DNA of 61,933 bases from a virus (Duplodnaviria; Caudoviricetes), in the IMG/VR virus record IMGVR_UViG_3300007508_000433, positions 1 to 61,933 of that record; one strand, written 5' to 3'. The notes beneath the pieces are model-generated. The model did no database searches. It was given only the letters and a program-made list of their open reading frames with translations, and had not been told where the DNA came from. Positions 8,815 to 19,499 of the stretch are shown here, one piece after another. Both the position numbers and the translations under genes were made by a program. How positions within the stretch are numbered: the stretch's first letter is position 1; every line of letters starts with the position of its first letter.

Positions 8815-9138
8815 ATGGCTGCAACAAACAAAGACCTCAGGAGAGGTCAGGATGTTATTTTTGCGGATGGTGTGGAGAGGACCATTCATCCTTTGACCAT
8901 TAGGCAGTTACGGAAGTTTATGACCGTAGCTGATAAGCTTAATGTTGAAGATGATTCTGGTCTATCCGATGAGGACATTGACAATATGGTCCTCGCATCA
9001 TCTATTGCATTGCAAAAGGTAGATCCTGATTTGGCTAACGATAATGAAGCCCTTGAGGACGCTTTAGACTTGCGATGCTTTGCCGCTCTGATGGCTGCAA
9101 GCATGGGCAACGAGGTTGACGAAGCCCCAAACGAGTAG
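8815..9138 (+). CDS. Tail assembly chaperone (gpG-like)
   Basis: Between major tail and tape measure genes; PLTIRQLRKFM motif; ends at slippery site. Confidence 0.8.
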   Translation: MAATNKDLRRGQDVIFADGVERTIHPLTIRQLRKFMTVADKLNVEDDSGLSDEDIDNMVLASSIALQKVDPDLANDNEALEDALDLRCFAALMAASMGNEVDEAPNE

Positions 9139-9476
9139 GTGGAGAGGGAAATGATGGTACACCGTTTCAGTGGAGTACCTTCCCTCTCCACCACCTTGTT
9201 TTAGAGGCCTTTGTTACTGTCGGTGTTTGGAAAAGCATCGATGACATAGAGAACATATTAACGTTTCCAGAGCTGATTCATATTGTAGATATGATACGCA
9301 GCAAGAAGCATGCAGATTACGATCTGCTTGCTCAGGTTGTAACTGGTGAGGGTATAGGCGAGTATCAGTCTATGACTGATTTGGAAACATCATCTGGTTC
9401 TTCGTCAGATATGGCTCTGGACAGCGAGTTTACGATTTCACATCTACCCATCGGGCTTGGTTATGAAAGCCAATAG
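8815..9476 (+). CDS. Tail assembly chaperone, -1 frameshift product (gpGT-like)
   Basis: C CCA AAC at 9126-9132; -1 frame open 9126-9476 and in frame with ORF 9291..9476. Confidence 0.8.
9126..9192 (+). promoter_or_regulatory. Programmed -1 frameshift signal (slippery heptamer + stem-loop)
   Basis: CCCAAAC, 5-nt spacer, perfect 13-bp stem GGTGGAGAGGGAA (9138-9150)/TTCCCTCTCCACC (9180-9192). Confidence 0.8.
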
Positions 9477-9502
9477 GTGGGATAATGGTATAGGTGTGAA
9501 AT

Positions 9503-12500
9503 ATGGCAGAAACAGGCGGAGCAAATCTAGAATTTAGAGTTAATGTTGGCGGGCTGAATGAGCTGGGCCAGCTTAAGTCTCAGGTGCTTAAACTTGATAA
9601 AGGCATCGCTGTACTTGAGGATTCTGCCAAGGGTTTAACATCTCAATTCCCCAGGCTGACTGGTGCCGCTAAAGAGCTGAACAAGGCTTTTGTTGGCGAA
9701 GCACAGAGCCTGAAGATGCTGGCTAGAAACCAGAAGATCTTTAAGCGTGACATTAAGGGTCAGGTTGCTGGCATGAAGACGATGCGTGGTCAAACGCAGC
9801 GCGGCACTCAGGCGTGGCGGGCATATTCTAGAGAGATTACCAAACTGCGTTTTGATTTAAGAAAACTGCCTCTACGTAAGCTGGGCACCGATCTTAGAAA
9901 CGTATCTCGCAACGCTACATCTGCTGCTAAGAACATGCAGTGGTTGGGGCGTCAGATGATGGTCGGTGTTACTGCTCCTATTGGTATTGCGTTGCGCTTT
10001 ATGATGCAGTCGTTTGAGAGCTTTGAGCGCCAGTTTGTCAGGACTAAGAAGATTTTGGATATTTCTGGCCCATCTGCTGACGCACTTAAGGATAAAATTC
10101 TTGATCTGTCTTCCGCCCTTGGGGCGTCATCATCTATTGTTGCCGGTCTAACTTCTGACTTCGCTCAGATGGGCAAGGCCCTCCTTGGCGGCGGTACAGA
10201 AGATAAGCTGTCTGATCTTGCTGTTGAGTATGCAGGCCTTGCTCTTAAGCTTGAGAAGGTTGGTGAGGTTTCTGTCGAGGTCGGCAGGGACTTTATTGCC
10301 AACTTGGCTGGCTTGATTAAGCAGATGGATCCCCTTGGCGACAGGATTAGACAGGTATCTGGCCTGCTGGCTAAGTTTAATATGATGGAGAACACCACTG
10401 CTCTGTCGTTGAGGGATTTGGCAGAAGCGTTCCCGCAGGTTTCTCCTGCTGCTGTTGCTGCTGGTGTGGATCTTGTGTTTTTGTCTGGCGTAATGGCGAA
10501 CATGAAGGAAGTTGGTCTGGATGCCACAGAGTCGGCCCACGCTTTGAAGTTCTCTCTCCAGAGGATGATTAATCCGACAGCCAAGGTTCGTAATATGGCT
10601 GAAGATATGGGGTCTCGGTGGAGCGACTTTAATGTTGATCTTGGCATGGGTAACATGCTCCTATTTAACCTTGCTGAGAACCTGAATCTAATAAACAGGC
10701 ATGCTGGCCAAAAGGCTGCGATTACTTATTTGGGCGAGTTGGTTGGTAAGCGTCAGGCTAGCCGTATGTTTGCTGCTATGCGCGGCATGGAGGGGTTCAC
10801 GCAGTCGGTGGCCGCCATGCAGCGTCAGTTGCGCAAAGGCGGCGCCACTGGTCTTGCGGATGTCATAGGCGGTGTAGAGAATCTTGAGGAGCTTGAAGAC
10901 AGAATTAAGAATGCGTTTGCTACTGATGAGGTAATCAACAAATTCAGGCAGGATATTATCGAGTTTGATCAGGGTCTGGGTGATGCAAGTCAGGGGTTCG
11001 ATGAGAACACTACTACTGCTGGCATTATGTCTACAGCATTGCAGGATCTATCTCCACCGCTTAAATCTTTGATTATTGACTTTATGGGCGCCACTGAGGC
11101 GGGAAAGACGTTTGTAGACGAGTACAACTTGGTCATGAAGGGTCCTGCTGCTGTTATGCAGAGGATGCGTAATGATATTAAGCTTGCTATGCAAGAGTTG
11201 GGTGCTACGTTCTTCAATTCCGTTAGGGATACGCTGATTCCGGCTATTCAGAAGCTGGCTGAATGGTTGGCTGATTTAAGCCCCACTACAAAGCAGGCTA
11301 TTATGGTCTTTGCTGCATTTCTCGCTGTCTTAGGACCCGTGGCTTTCTCCATGGGTCAAGTTGGCAACATCATCGGCAGTGTTGGTCGTGTGTTTGCTAC
11401 CTTCTTGCCAAAGATGAAGGCAGTCACTATGAGTATGATTGTTGCTAAGGCTGCTGCCGGTGAGAAGCTTCCTGTATTGAGGCAGGTTGGTACTGCTTTG
11501 GTGGAAACTGGCAGGAAGGCTAAAACGGCGGCGTCTGGGCTGGGTAACTTGCGTAGTACTGCTGCTGCCACAATGTCAGCTTTAAAGCATGATCCTTCCA
11601 TTTCTATGTCTAGATATGCATCTCATATTGTGGATGTTGAGACTGTATCCAAGCAGAGCGCTAAGACTGTCTCAGCTGCCAGTGTTCAGGCTGAGGGTAG
11701 CCTGACGAGGATGTTCCGTAAGACATCCGGCCAGTTTGATAGATTCTTTGCTAGGATTAAGGCTGGTTCAATTGATGCAAAGAAGTCTTTGCGGCGTCTG
11801 GCTTCCGCTCAGGTGGGTAAGCATGCAAGACAACCTCTGTTGATGAAGAGGGACGCTGGCGGCAGGTTTACGGGCGCCAAGTTCCCGAACCCTGCTGAAA
11901 TGGCTGTTGCTTGGAGTCGCAAGATAAGCGGAGTGGCGGATCACTTTAGCGATAAGTTTGCACTATCAGCGTACGACGCTGCAGGCAAGATGGATAAGGC
12001 GTTTCGACAATTTCGGGAACATCCCTTCAAGTCTGCGTTTAAGGCTATTAGACTGGATGCAATTATTTCTGCATCGATATTTAGAATAGCGTTTATGGGG
12101 GCTATCAAGGCGGTTAAAGTTGCGATGATTTCTTCCGGCATCATGGCAATTTTCTTGATCCTCGGTAGCGTGATTGCTTATGTTGTAACCAATCTGGATA
12201 TGTTTAAAGAGGCTGGCAAGAAGTCTCTATCGACATTTACAGGGGCGCTGGCTGTGCTGAAGGATGCTTTTGTGTCTGTTGGTAAGATTTTCTTTGATAT
12301 CTTTGGTGAGATCTTTGGCGGCAAGACAGAAAAGGGATCTGCCAAGACCGCAGATAGTATGGATGTGGTCGGCAGTGCTATTCAGAAGGTTGCTGATATC
12401 TTTATGGGCTTCGCAAAGATCGTTCGATTTGTTATGCAAACCTTGCTGCCTCCCATTATTCGGTTCTTCTTGACGATTGTTAAGAAGGTTGCGGATAGGG

Positions 12501-14881
12501 TTGGTGCGGCGTTGGGGGTGCTGGGGCGAAATTGGACAAAGATCTCTAAGACAATCACAGATGTGGTTTATTGGATTGTAAAGGTCTTGGAGTTCCTGCT
12601 TGATTCCTTTATCGTGAGAACTAGAATATTGGTGACTATAGTCAAATGGATCGGTAAGGTCTTTTTCGGATTGCTTGAGCATGCTGTGGTTCCTGTCTTC
12701 AAGGGTATATGGTTTGTTATAGATGGGGTTTTGAATTTCGTTATTGGGTCCATGAGGAAGCTGGTTGAGGCTGTTTTGTGGGCTGTTAAGACTGCTCGGC
12801 CATTAATAAATAAAATCTTTAGCTGGGTGGACGACCTTGGTGGCGCCTTAGACAAGATAGGTATGGGGTGGAGTTTTGATTTCAGGATTGCTGATGATAT
12901 AAGTGGCATAGAGGCGGGGGCCGATAAGTTCTTTGATAAGGTTCAGCAAGGCCGTGATGGAATAAAGAACTTTATCAACGATGATCTTGGCAAAGTCGTG
13001 GGCGCGGTCGGTCATGGTGTTGATGTCGTATTGGATAAGATGTCTGAGGGGCTGGAGGCTATAGTTGGCTTTGACATGGCACGGAAAGTCAGAGGCGCTT
13101 TGGAGGGCATGTTCTCTAGCGGCCTCGGTCTCGGAGAAGCCGTGGCCGAAGAGGTGGACGAAAATCTGCCTGGGGCTTTGGATCTCGCCTTTGAGGACGT
13201 TAATGTCAAGCCTTTGGGCGTCCAGATTCAGGAAGAAATTTCTGAATCGATGCAGAATGCGTTTAACACTTTTGTAGGAAAGGTTAAGTCTCGATTGAAG
13301 AAGGAGCTTAGCGATCTTGTCAATTCTGGAATGAAGTCGTTTGATGCATATGTGAGTGTCTATTTGTCTGCCTACGATACTCGTATTGAGGCTATTCAGG
13401 GCGTCATTGAGGCTGAGAAGGAGCTCACTAAGACAGTTAAGTATGAGAGTGATCGCCGCGCCTTGGTAAACAAGATGGCTCTAGATACAGAGAACTTCTT
13501 GCGCAATAGGGCGTTGGCTTTGTATGAGGGGCGCGTGGAGGATGCACGCAATTTGTCTGTGAAGTTTGGTCTAACAAAGGCCAAGTCACAAGAGTCTATT
13601 TCTGGTCTGGATAAGGGGCGCGCTGCCTACTTGTTAGACAGGAAGCGTCAAGGTGTAATGGACACCATCAAGGACGAGCAGAAGCTTGAGAGGGAGCGCC
13701 TCAAGGTTGAGCGTGGAAAGCTTAAGGAAACTCTGGATGCCAAGCTTGAGGATCTTCCTGCTACTAATGAGGAATTGCAGACATGGTTGGCTGACCTCAA
13801 CACCACTGTTACTACCGGCCTAGAGACTGCTTTTGGCGAAGATGCTGCTGGCGCAACTAGCTTGAAGGAGTTTGCGACTATTATCGACACTGAGCTTGGC
13901 AGCAGGTTCCGTGAAATGTTTGCCGATATAGGGATTGTCTCTGATGGGGCCACGCTGCATTTTGTCACCACCTTCGACAATCTCAAGGGGACTATCGATG
14001 AGAAGAAGACAGAGGTATCAGCGTCGTTGACGGAGGCCACTAGCGATTGGCTGCTGAAGTTCCTTGAGTTCGATCCGCTAGAGCCGTTCCAGAGGATATT
14101 TGATCTTGTAAATGAAGAATGGAAGTCATCTATTGAGTGGGACTTGATCGCTCAGGGCTGGATGACCGGGTTCATGGATGATGCCATTCCTCACATTATT
14201 GAGCAGTTGAAGATAGCTAGGGGGATGATTGATGATGCTATGGACGAGTATACTGTAAGCAGCGCTGTCAATCCTGAAATTATATTTGCCAATAAGTGGC
14301 TGCAGGACAATCCTCAGACGTTCCTAGAATCTTCATTCAGTGAGGCTTTTCGTGCTGTGATACCACAATCTTCATTCAGAGAGGCTTTTCGTGCTGTGGA
14401 TCCATTTGCTGGCCCGGATAGTGGCGTCTATTATCAGAGGTATGGCTATGATCCTAATGATCCACGATTCTCTGGTAGGACAGATAGTGACTATAGTGAC
14501 TTTGTTGGATATGGTGAATATTATGGCTCTAGATTTAATGGTGGCGCGATCAAGGCGCAGTATGGTCGTTATCTAAATGGGTTCCGATCAGCAACGGTTC
14601 CTATTTTGGCTCATGGTGGTGAGTATGTCATGAACGCTAAGGCGGTTCAGAATGTTGGCCTATCTAACCTTGAGGCTATGAATAGTGAACGCAATTATGA
14701 GGGCGGCGGCGCTAGTGGGGTTAATATCTATGTAGATAACTTTATAGGCCAGCCTGAGTGGTTTGAGGGTATGATGAGTGATTACAATGTAAGTGTTGCT
14801 CCTAGGCATGAGCGTAGTAAGGGGCTTGATTCTAGAAGGATTAGCTCTATGGCTGACAACAACAGGAGGGGGCGTGTCTGA
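9503..14881 (+). CDS. Tape measure protein
   Basis: 1792 aa, helical and Ala-rich; TP901-like core (QWLGRQMMVGVTAP); C-terminal AHGGEYVMNA motif; follows chaperones. Confidence 0.93.
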   Translation: MAETGGANLEFRVNVGGLNELGQLKSQVLKLDKGIAVLEDSAKGLTSQFPRLTGAAKELNKAFVGEAQSLKMLARNQKIFKRDIKGQVAGMKTMRGQTQRGTQAWRAYSREITKLRFDLRKLPLRKLGTDLRNVSRNATSAAKNMQWLGRQMMVGVTAPIGIALRFMMQSFESFERQFVRTKKILDISGPSADALKDKILDLSSALGASSSIVAGLTSDFAQMGKALLGGGTEDKLSDLAVEYAGLALKLEKVGEVSVEVGRDFIANLAGLIKQMDPLGDRIRQVSGLLAKFNMMENTTALSLRDLAEAFPQVSPAAVAAGVDLVFLSGVMANMKEVGLDATESAHALKFSLQRMINPTAKVRNMAEDMGSRWSDFNVDLGMGNMLLFNLAENLNLINRHAGQKAAITYLGELVGKRQASRMFAAMRGMEGFTQSVAAMQRQLRKGGATGLADVIGGVENLEELEDRIKNAFATDEVINKFRQDIIEFDQGLGDASQGFDENTTTAGIMSTALQDLSPPLKSLIIDFMGATEAGKTFVDEYNLVMKGPAAVMQRMRNDIKLAMQELGATFFNSVRDTLIPAIQKLAEWLADLSPTTKQAIMVFAAFLAVLGPVAFSMGQVGNIIGSVGRVFATFLPKMKAVTMSMIVAKAAAGEKLPVLRQVGTALVETGRKAKTAASGLGNLRSTAAATMSALKHDPSISMSRYASHIVDVETVSKQSAKTVSAASVQAEGSLTRMFRKTSGQFDRFFARIKAGSIDAKKSLRRLASAQVGKHARQPLLMKRDAGGRFTGAKFPNPAEMAVAWSRKISGVADHFSDKFALSAYDAAGKMDKAFRQFREHPFKSAFKAIRLDAIISASIFRIAFMGAIKAVKVAMISSGIMAIFLILGSVIAYVVTNLDMFKEAGKKSLSTFTGALAVLKDAFVSVGKIFFDIFGEIFGGKTEKGSAKTADSMDVVGSAIQKVADIFMGFAKIVRFVMQTLLPPIIRFFLTIVKKVADRVGAALGVLGRNWTKISKTITDVVYWIVKVLEFLLDSFIVRTRILVTIVKWIGKVFFGLLEHAVVPVFKGIWFVIDGVLNFVIGSMRKLVEAVLWAVKTARPLINKIFSWVDDLGGALDKIGMGWSFDFRIADDISGIEAGADKFFDKVQQGRDGIKNFINDDLGKVVGAVGHGVDVVLDKMSEGLEAIVGFDMARKVRGALEGMFSSGLGLGEAVAEEVDENLPGALDLAFEDVNVKPLGVQIQEEISESMQNAFNTFVGKVKSRLKKELSDLVNSGMKSFDAYVSVYLSAYDTRIEAIQGVIEAEKELTKTVKYESDRRALVNKMALDTENFLRNRALALYEGRVEDARNLSVKFGLTKAKSQESISGLDKGRAAYLLDRKRQGVMDTIKDEQKLERERLKVERGKLKETLDAKLEDLPATNEELQTWLADLNTTVTTGLETAFGEDAAGATSLKEFATIIDTELGSRFREMFADIGIVSDGATLHFVTTFDNLKGTIDEKKTEVSASLTEATSDWLLKFLEFDPLEPFQRIFDLVNEEWKSSIEWDLIAQGWMTGFMDDAIPHIIEQLKIARGMIDDAMDEYTVSSAVNPEIIFANKWLQDNPQTFLESSFSEAFRAVIPQSSFREAFRAVDPFAGPDSGVYYQRYGYDPNDPRFSGRTDSDYSDFVGYGEYYGSRFNGGAIKAQYGRYLNGFRSATVPILAHGGEYVMNAKAVQNVGLSNLEAMNSERNYEGGGASGVNIYVDNFIGQPEWFEGMMSDYNVSVAPRHERSKGLDSRRISSMADNNRRGRV
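14328..14398 (+). repeat. In-frame 39-bp-period tandem duplication in the tape measure gene
   Basis: AATCTTCATTCAGnGAGGCTTTTCGTGCTGTG twice (SSFSEAFRAV/SSFREAFRAV). Confidence 0.85.
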
Positions 14882-15381
14882 TGGCTTTAGTTGCTGCTAG
14901 TGCTTTCATACATTCTGCTGCGACTGTCGATGCTGTAGATTCCACAGACAGAGCCAGGGGTGGTGGTAAGCATGTCGCTAAGTCTCTGTTTAAAGTTAAT
15001 GGTCGTGATGTTACTGCTCATAATCGTAAGTTCGCATCTGGGTCTGACCCTATCGCAAAAAATGTTCCCCTAGCTTCCGGTTCGAGTAAGCGGTACTATA
15101 TTCGCACACCTGAGAAACATACTCTTAATTTCACATATCTCCCAGGACCAAGCAGCATGACTGTGGATGGCAAGGAGGGGCGGGACTACTTGTATTCTTT
15201 GGCTACTTTAGATAAGAACGTTCTAGTTGAGCACCTACCGAACTACACTTCAGATCAGTCAGATTTTGACTACACTAGCAAGATGTCTAGGGTTGTAAGC
15301 TATAATGAGTCTTTGCTGCGCAGGGATGAGAGCAATGGTTGCTATTATTATGATGTTTCTATCACTTTTGAGGGTCTATAA
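14881..15381 (+). CDS. Minor tail protein (distal-tail-like)
   Basis: Follows tape measure; paralogous to next gene (T.HNRK/T.HGRK, LP, DG..GR, Y.ESL..R, YxV). Confidence 0.65.
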   Translation: MALVAASAFIHSAATVDAVDSTDRARGGGKHVAKSLFKVNGRDVTAHNRKFASGSDPIAKNVPLASGSSKRYYIRTPEKHTLNFTYLPGPSSMTVDGKEGRDYLYSLATLDKNVLVEHLPNYTSDQSDFDYTSKMSRVVSYNESLLRRDESNGCYYYDVSITFEGL

Positions 15382-15854
15382 TGGCTGTTGTAACCGGCGA
15401 TGCTTCGATCTCTGGCACGGGGGCTGCTAGTCTTACGATTTACGGTTCATGGAGTGATAGGCCGTATATTATGATCAACGATTTTGCGGTTACTGATCAT
15501 GGACGTAAGGCTAGTCTTAGTGTGAAGCAGATTGGTGCTAAGAGTCTCAGTACTACGAGCGGATACAGTAGGCACTACTATCCACGCAATACCGCTAAAG
15601 TTGCGGTATCATTGAATTGGACTAATCTTCCAGACACCTCTGTAGACACATATGATGGGCGTAGAGGGCGTGTGGAGTTGAAGTCGCTAGCATCGAGCAA
15701 GAAGGCTTTGACGCTGTACATTAAGAAGTCTGACGGCACAGGCTATACACAGCACAGCATGTATGCAGAAAAGTATAGCGAGTCGTTGGTGATGCGCCGT
15801 AATTCTGCTGGTGGCGTGTTGTATAACGTAACTATGAATTTGGTGGAGCTATGA
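15381..15854 (+). CDS. Minor tail protein (paralog of 14881..15381)
   Basis: Shared motifs; synteny. Confidence 0.65.
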   Translation: MAVVTGDASISGTGAASLTIYGSWSDRPYIMINDFAVTDHGRKASLSVKQIGAKSLSTTSGYSRHYYPRNTAKVAVSLNWTNLPDTSVDTYDGRRGRVELKSLASSKKALTLYIKKSDGTGYTQHSMYAEKYSESLVMRRNSAGGVLYNVTMNLVEL

Positions 15855-18800
15855 TAACTACTAACACTGACGGTAGCACTCTTTCGACTGCTTTTACTGA
15901 TGCAATAGACAGCTCCGTATTGTCAACGAAGGCGAGGGTGGTGATTGACTGGTTGGATAGTCGCCACTTGGAGTATACGTCTGGCGGGGAGGTGCAATCC
16001 GTTCAGGCGACAACCAATGATGCTCACTCTAGCAGCGCTAGGGGCGGTATAGGGCATTTCTTTGACCCCGCGCAGTCGGTCAATGGCTTTGAACGTCAGT
16101 CGTACTTGTGGGGGGTGTGCGGTGCTTTGGATGTTAATGGTCAAACGATTCGTGCTGACGGCAGGTGGGCTGCTATGCCTGATGAGAATAAAGGCAGGTA
16201 TGAGTATGGATGGTGGAGCGCCAGCAGGTCTAGTGCCACAGATGGAACGTTCGCCAGCGGGTCAGAGCCACATGTTCAGCTTGTATTTGATTCTGCAAGA
16301 GTGACACACATCAGGGTGAACACTTCAGAGTTTTATGGTCAGGTCAGTAGCATTAAGGTTGAGTACAAGAAGGCTGGGGCGTCCACTTGGACTGTTCATG
16401 ATGCGTCAGCGAGTATTGCTGCTGGGTCGTATTTCTACGAGTCTGAGATTAATGCCGGTGATTATTTTGACCTTATTGGTGTGCGGGTGACTGCTTTGGC
16501 TACACGAAATAAGGATGATCATGCACGCTTCAATGAGATTTCACCGATATATAGAGAGGATGTTACACCGTATCTTACTGCTTTGAATGTCAATAAGGTT
16601 CATACGATTCATGATAGTTCTTTGCCCATCGGTGCAACAGCGGCTAACTCTGGCACGTTTAGTTTAGATAACACCTCTAGCAGGTTTAGTCCGTTCGCTA
16701 CGGCGGGTGTCGGTAAGTATGTTAGGAAGGATCTGCGGATTGTGGTCGATATGGGTGTGCTGGTTGATGAGGATACTGAAACTTATGAGTATGTGCCATA
16801 TGGCACTTTCTGGGTTGACAATTGGAACATTTCTGCCGGTATGCATATACAGGGGCAGTTTAGAGATTATACAAAGTTTCTTTCTGAGTTGCTGATTGAT
16901 GATGGGTTTTTGATTGAGGATGTGCTGGCCGGTCGGGCTGTGACTGATCTAGCCTTGAAGTCTAATTTCCCTAAGGCCGATGTTGATTATCTTAAGCGGT
17001 TTGAAGATGAGGTTGTCGATAAGGGCGGCGTTGTTCACTTGAGGTTTACAGATAGCAATCCGTTTAATGAAACAATTGTTTCAAATACTGCAGATGATGG
17101 GGTGTGGGCGAATTGGTGGAATAAGGAGCAGGATCGTTGGAAGCCTATTGCAGATATTGATATTGAGTATAACGCTTTACGTGATACTGTGAAACAGATT
17201 AACTTTGCTGCCTCGCCTAATACTAGAGAGGTGGTGAGTTCGTCAACTAACGCTCTAACAATCAATGGTCTTAATAATGGCTCCTCGAATGTTTTTACTT
17301 CTGGGCAGACTTCTGGTGGTTATCCTTATTACATTAATGCACGGTTTAATACGTTTTATATTTCTCCGTCTTCTGGCAATGTTAGGTTTAGATTCACTAT
17401 TCAAAATGGCGGTATTAGGGTTAAAATGAACGATGTAATGATTGTTGATGAATATTCTAATGTAGATACGCCTTATAATACTGATAGTGTGTATGATGTA
17501 GATGTTGGCACGCTGCGTCAGAATGCGCCCTATCAGATAGAAATCGACTATTATCATTGGTATGGAACGCAAAAGTTGGTGTGGCAGTATTCTACTAACG
17601 GTGGAACTTCTTGGAGCAATGTGCCGACATCTGATACGTCACTTGTGGCGGCTAGGGATAATATCGGCGTGAGGGAGACGTACGGTACAGCGTATGACAA
17701 TGATCACTATAATCATGGTGTGTATCTTAACTCTTCTTCTTCTGTGCGTTTGGGGGAGGCGGGCGGCGTGGTTTCCGACTCCAGCAATGAGTCTGTTATA
17801 TTCAACAATACAAGCAACGCCAACTACCAGCATGTCAAGATCCCCTACGATGTTTCATACAATCTGGCATCTTCAACGTCTGCTAATTATACGGGCGCAT
17901 ACTCTATAGAGGCGCTAGCTCAGTTTGATGCCGCCATTGGAGGCAAGGGGGTTTATGCGGGCAACATAGATGATGCTAATAGTGCCACCAAGGGTGTAGG
18001 GCTTTTCTACACGACTGCTGGTAACGGGGTGTACCTGAGAGATGGTTCGCAAACGTTGTCTGTGTCCATTACAGATAGCAGTGCCTTTGCTCAGACGAAA
18101 TGGACTCATGTCGTTGCCACGTATGATGGAACGACGCTGAGTTATTATGTTAATGGCGTGTTGAAGGGGACCGATACTGGCAGCGGGCATGCGTCTTGGG
18201 CGAGTCAGGATTTCTTGGTTGGCAAGTCTTCTGATACTTCTTCTGGCTCATCTGCTGATTATTATTTTGATGGCAAGTTTGACCAGATGGCTGTCTATAA
18301 TCAGGCATTGACTGCGGCGGAGGTTTTGGAGAGCTACTATGTGATTAGTATGGTCGAATTGATCAAGTATGACTACTTGTGGGGCAACGATACTGATGCC
18401 TTCAATCTCATGCAGGAGATAGCTACGGCCGATTTGGGGATGTTTTATTTTGATGAGAATAACAAGTTTAACTATCATCATTACAACCGGCTCTATGAAT
18501 CTTTCATTGATAGACACAGCACGGTGCAGAAGACCATCTCTGATGATTCTTTCATTGTGGGCGGGAGTACGCCAATTGACCTGCAGGCGAATAAGGTGAC
18601 TGTGACAGTTAACAATCCCACGATTGAGGCGGCGGGCCGTCAGGGCATTTGGAGGCCGCCCAGCCCCACTACGATGGTTGTGGCGGGCCTCTCAGCGAAT
18701 ATGACCTCCTCTCAGACGAGCATGTCTGTTACGACGACTCAGGGCGAGTTCCCTTGGTATGATTCTGGATATTTACGGGTTGATGATGAAATTATGCAGT

Positions 18801-19498
18801 ATAATAGTAGAACTCTTTATTCTTTTGAGGGGATTACTAGGGGGATGTTTGGCACTACTGCTGCTGCGCATACTGCTGTGGTGGACGGGGAGACGACGAA
18901 GGTACGTGAAACCAAGGTGTTTGATGTGAAGTATAGTCAAACTCCTGCGGTTGATATCAGATATCCTCTTATCGCTTTGATTGATTTTGAGGACACTCCG
19001 CTGGCTACGATTGATCTGTGGGAGCCGACGCCGTTTGGTGCTCAGCTGGTGATTAGCGCTAGTGATGATGTAGGCATTGGTGATTTGTTATACTTGGAGG
19101 GGAGTAATGCTGTGACCAAGTTGGGTTATTTTACTTCTATTGCTGGCGTGCCGATCAATGTCAAGTCTCAGTCACAGCAGGTGGTGGAACAGTCTGCTTC
19201 TAATCATCCCAGCATCAGAAAGTATGGACTTAAGGCTATTGAGATAGTGAATAAGTTTATTACTTCTGCTTCGTGGGCTGAAATTATTGCCAGCTTTGTG
19301 CGGGACAAGTTCCAAGATGTGGTGATGGTGCTGTCTATTGATGCGGCGGGTGTGCCTCAATTGCAGTTGGGTGATAGGATAAAGATAGAGACGTTTGATA
19401 ATTTGAGCATCTCTAATAAAGAGTATTGGGTGATTGAAATAGGTATGAAGTATGATGGCGGGTTGACGCAGAGACTGGTTTTGAGGGAGGCGGCTTAG
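15851..19498 (+). CDS. Minor tail/hub protein with PA14-like and LamG (ConA-like) domains
   Basis: WTHVVATYDG..YYVNG..FDGKFDQMAVYNQALT (LamG); C-terminal GVPQLQLGDRIKI hub motif. Confidence 0.8.
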   Translation: MITTNTDGSTLSTAFTDAIDSSVLSTKARVVIDWLDSRHLEYTSGGEVQSVQATTNDAHSSSARGGIGHFFDPAQSVNGFERQSYLWGVCGALDVNGQTIRADGRWAAMPDENKGRYEYGWWSASRSSATDGTFASGSEPHVQLVFDSARVTHIRVNTSEFYGQVSSIKVEYKKAGASTWTVHDASASIAAGSYFYESEINAGDYFDLIGVRVTALATRNKDDHARFNEISPIYREDVTPYLTALNVNKVHTIHDSSLPIGATAANSGTFSLDNTSSRFSPFATAGVGKYVRKDLRIVVDMGVLVDEDTETYEYVPYGTFWVDNWNISAGMHIQGQFRDYTKFLSELLIDDGFLIEDVLAGRAVTDLALKSNFPKADVDYLKRFEDEVVDKGGVVHLRFTDSNPFNETIVSNTADDGVWANWWNKEQDRWKPIADIDIEYNALRDTVKQINFAASPNTREVVSSSTNALTINGLNNGSSNVFTSGQTSGGYPYYINARFNTFYISPSSGNVRFRFTIQNGGIRVKMNDVMIVDEYSNVDTPYNTDSVYDVDVGTLRQNAPYQIEIDYYHWYGTQKLVWQYSTNGGTSWSNVPTSDTSLVAARDNIGVRETYGTAYDNDHYNHGVYLNSSSSVRLGEAGGVVSDSSNESVIFNNTSNANYQHVKIPYDVSYNLASSTSANYTGAYSIEALAQFDAAIGGKGVYAGNIDDANSATKGVGLFYTTAGNGVYLRDGSQTLSVSITDSSAFAQTKWTHVVATYDGTTLSYYVNGVLKGTDTGSGHASWASQDFLVGKSSDTSSGSSADYYFDGKFDQMAVYNQALTAAEVLESYYVISMVELIKYDYLWGNDTDAFNLMQEIATADLGMFYFDENNKFNYHHYNRLYESFIDRHSTVQKTISDDSFIVGGSTPIDLQANKVTVTVNNPTIEAAGRQGIWRPPSPTTMVVAGLSANMTSSQTSMSVTTTQGEFPWYDSGYLRVDDEIMQYNSRTLYSFEGITRGMFGTTAAAHTAVVDGETTKVRETKVFDVKYSQTPAVDIRYPLIALIDFEDTPLATIDLWEPTPFGAQLVISASDDVGIGDLLYLEGSNAVTKLGYFTSIAGVPINVKSQSQQVVEQSASNHPSIRKYGLKAIEIVNKFITSASWAEIIASFVRDKFQDVVMVLSIDAAGVPQLQLGDRIKIETFDNLSISNKEYWVIEIGMKYDGGLTQRLVLREAA

Positions 19499-19499
19499 C

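Noticed and set aside
9291-9476. Independent 61-aa gene
   Set aside because: Better explained as the 3' part of the -1 frameshifted chaperone
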